NCBI RefSeq assembly: GCF_963506605.1
Contig: NC_083279.1
Location: forward strand, 52,886,001 to 52,950,000
Source of the DNA: Zootoca vivipara
Taxonomy: Eukaryota
DNA length: 64,000 nt
Direction of reading: 5' to 3'
Both the position numbers and the translations under genes were made by a program. The notes under the pieces are model-generated. The model was not told the origin of the DNA, ran no database searches, and saw nothing but the letters and a program-made list of their open reading frames with translations. Positions 63,424-64,000 of the stretch are shown piece by piece; within the stretch, counting starts at the first letter, position 1, and every line of letters starts with the position of its first letter.

Positions 63424-63771
63424 TTTGTTGTTGTTGTTGTTGTTTAATTGTTTAGTCGTGTCCGACTCTTCGTGACCCCATGGACCATAGCATGCCAGGC
63501 ACTCCTATCTTCCACTGCCTCCTGCAGTTTGGTCAGACTCACGTTGGTAGCTTCGAGAACACTGTCCAACCATCTCATCCTCTGTCGTCCCCTTCTCCTT
63601 GTGCCCTCCATCTTTCCCAACACCAGGGTCTTTTCCAGGGAGTCTTCTCTTCTCACGATGTGGCCAAAGTATTGGAGCCTCAGCTTCAGGATCTGTCTTT
63701 CCAGTGAGAGGGCTGATTTCCTTCAGAATGGATAGGTTTGATCTTCTTGCAGTCCATGGTACTCTCAAGAG
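63424..63771 (-). mobile_element. Bov-B LINE 3' part
   Basis: MRREDSLEKTLVLGKMEGTRRRGRQRMRWLDSV...; (TTG)n on plus; interrupted at 63772. Confidence 0.93.
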
Positions 63772-64000
63772 CAGGGGTAGGCAACCTAAGGCCCATGGGT
63801 CACCCCCGAACTGAGCCACCTGTTCAGTGAGCCCCCGTACGCTGTGCTAAACCGGCGCAGCGTGGTGTGGGGCTCGCTTCCACGGTGCCAGAAATCACAT
63901 CTGTGTGTGCTCAGACGCCGAAAATCCTATCTGCACAGACACCAGAAATCGTGTCTGTGCAGATGCTGAAAATCCCGGCCGCGGAAGTGATCCGGCCCAC
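63772..64000. mobile_element. hAT-type MITE start, running off the window
   Basis: Begins caggggtaggcaacctaaggccc, matching the hAT TIR style seen at 1020, 12239 and 28228; other end not visible. Confidence 0.6.

Overview
Eukaryotic, AT-rich, repeat-dense genomic DNA, almost certainly from a squamate reptile. Sauria SINEs with (ACCTTT)n tails and Bov-B LINE fragments with (CAA)n tails suggest a lacertid lizard. I recognise no host protein-coding exon, so the window is intronic or intergenic. The dominant feature is an apparently complete, very young, CpG-rich 8.1-kb tyrosine-recombinase (YR) retrotransposon of the Ngaro type on the minus strand (2863-10953). Its layout is A1 - 2-kb leader - gag - RT/RNase H - YR - SGNH hydrolase - B1 - A2 - spacer - B2. 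The repeat copies look identical, catalytic motifs are intact and there is no target-site duplication. The most interesting observation is inside this element. A phase-1 splice donor sits 4 codons before the gag stop, and phase-1 acceptors sit just upstream of the YR and SGNH ORFs, neither of which has a suitably placed ATG. This predicts alternatively spliced Gag-YR (822 aa) and Gag-SGNH (686 aa) fusion proteins. The element also has a duplicated promoter and poly(A) signal around a structured spacer, and an antisense-oriented YY1 cluster with outward splice donors. The rest of the window is Sauria SINEs, truncated Bov-B, hAT and Tc1/mariner MITEs (several with clean TSDs), solo LTRs and old fragments.
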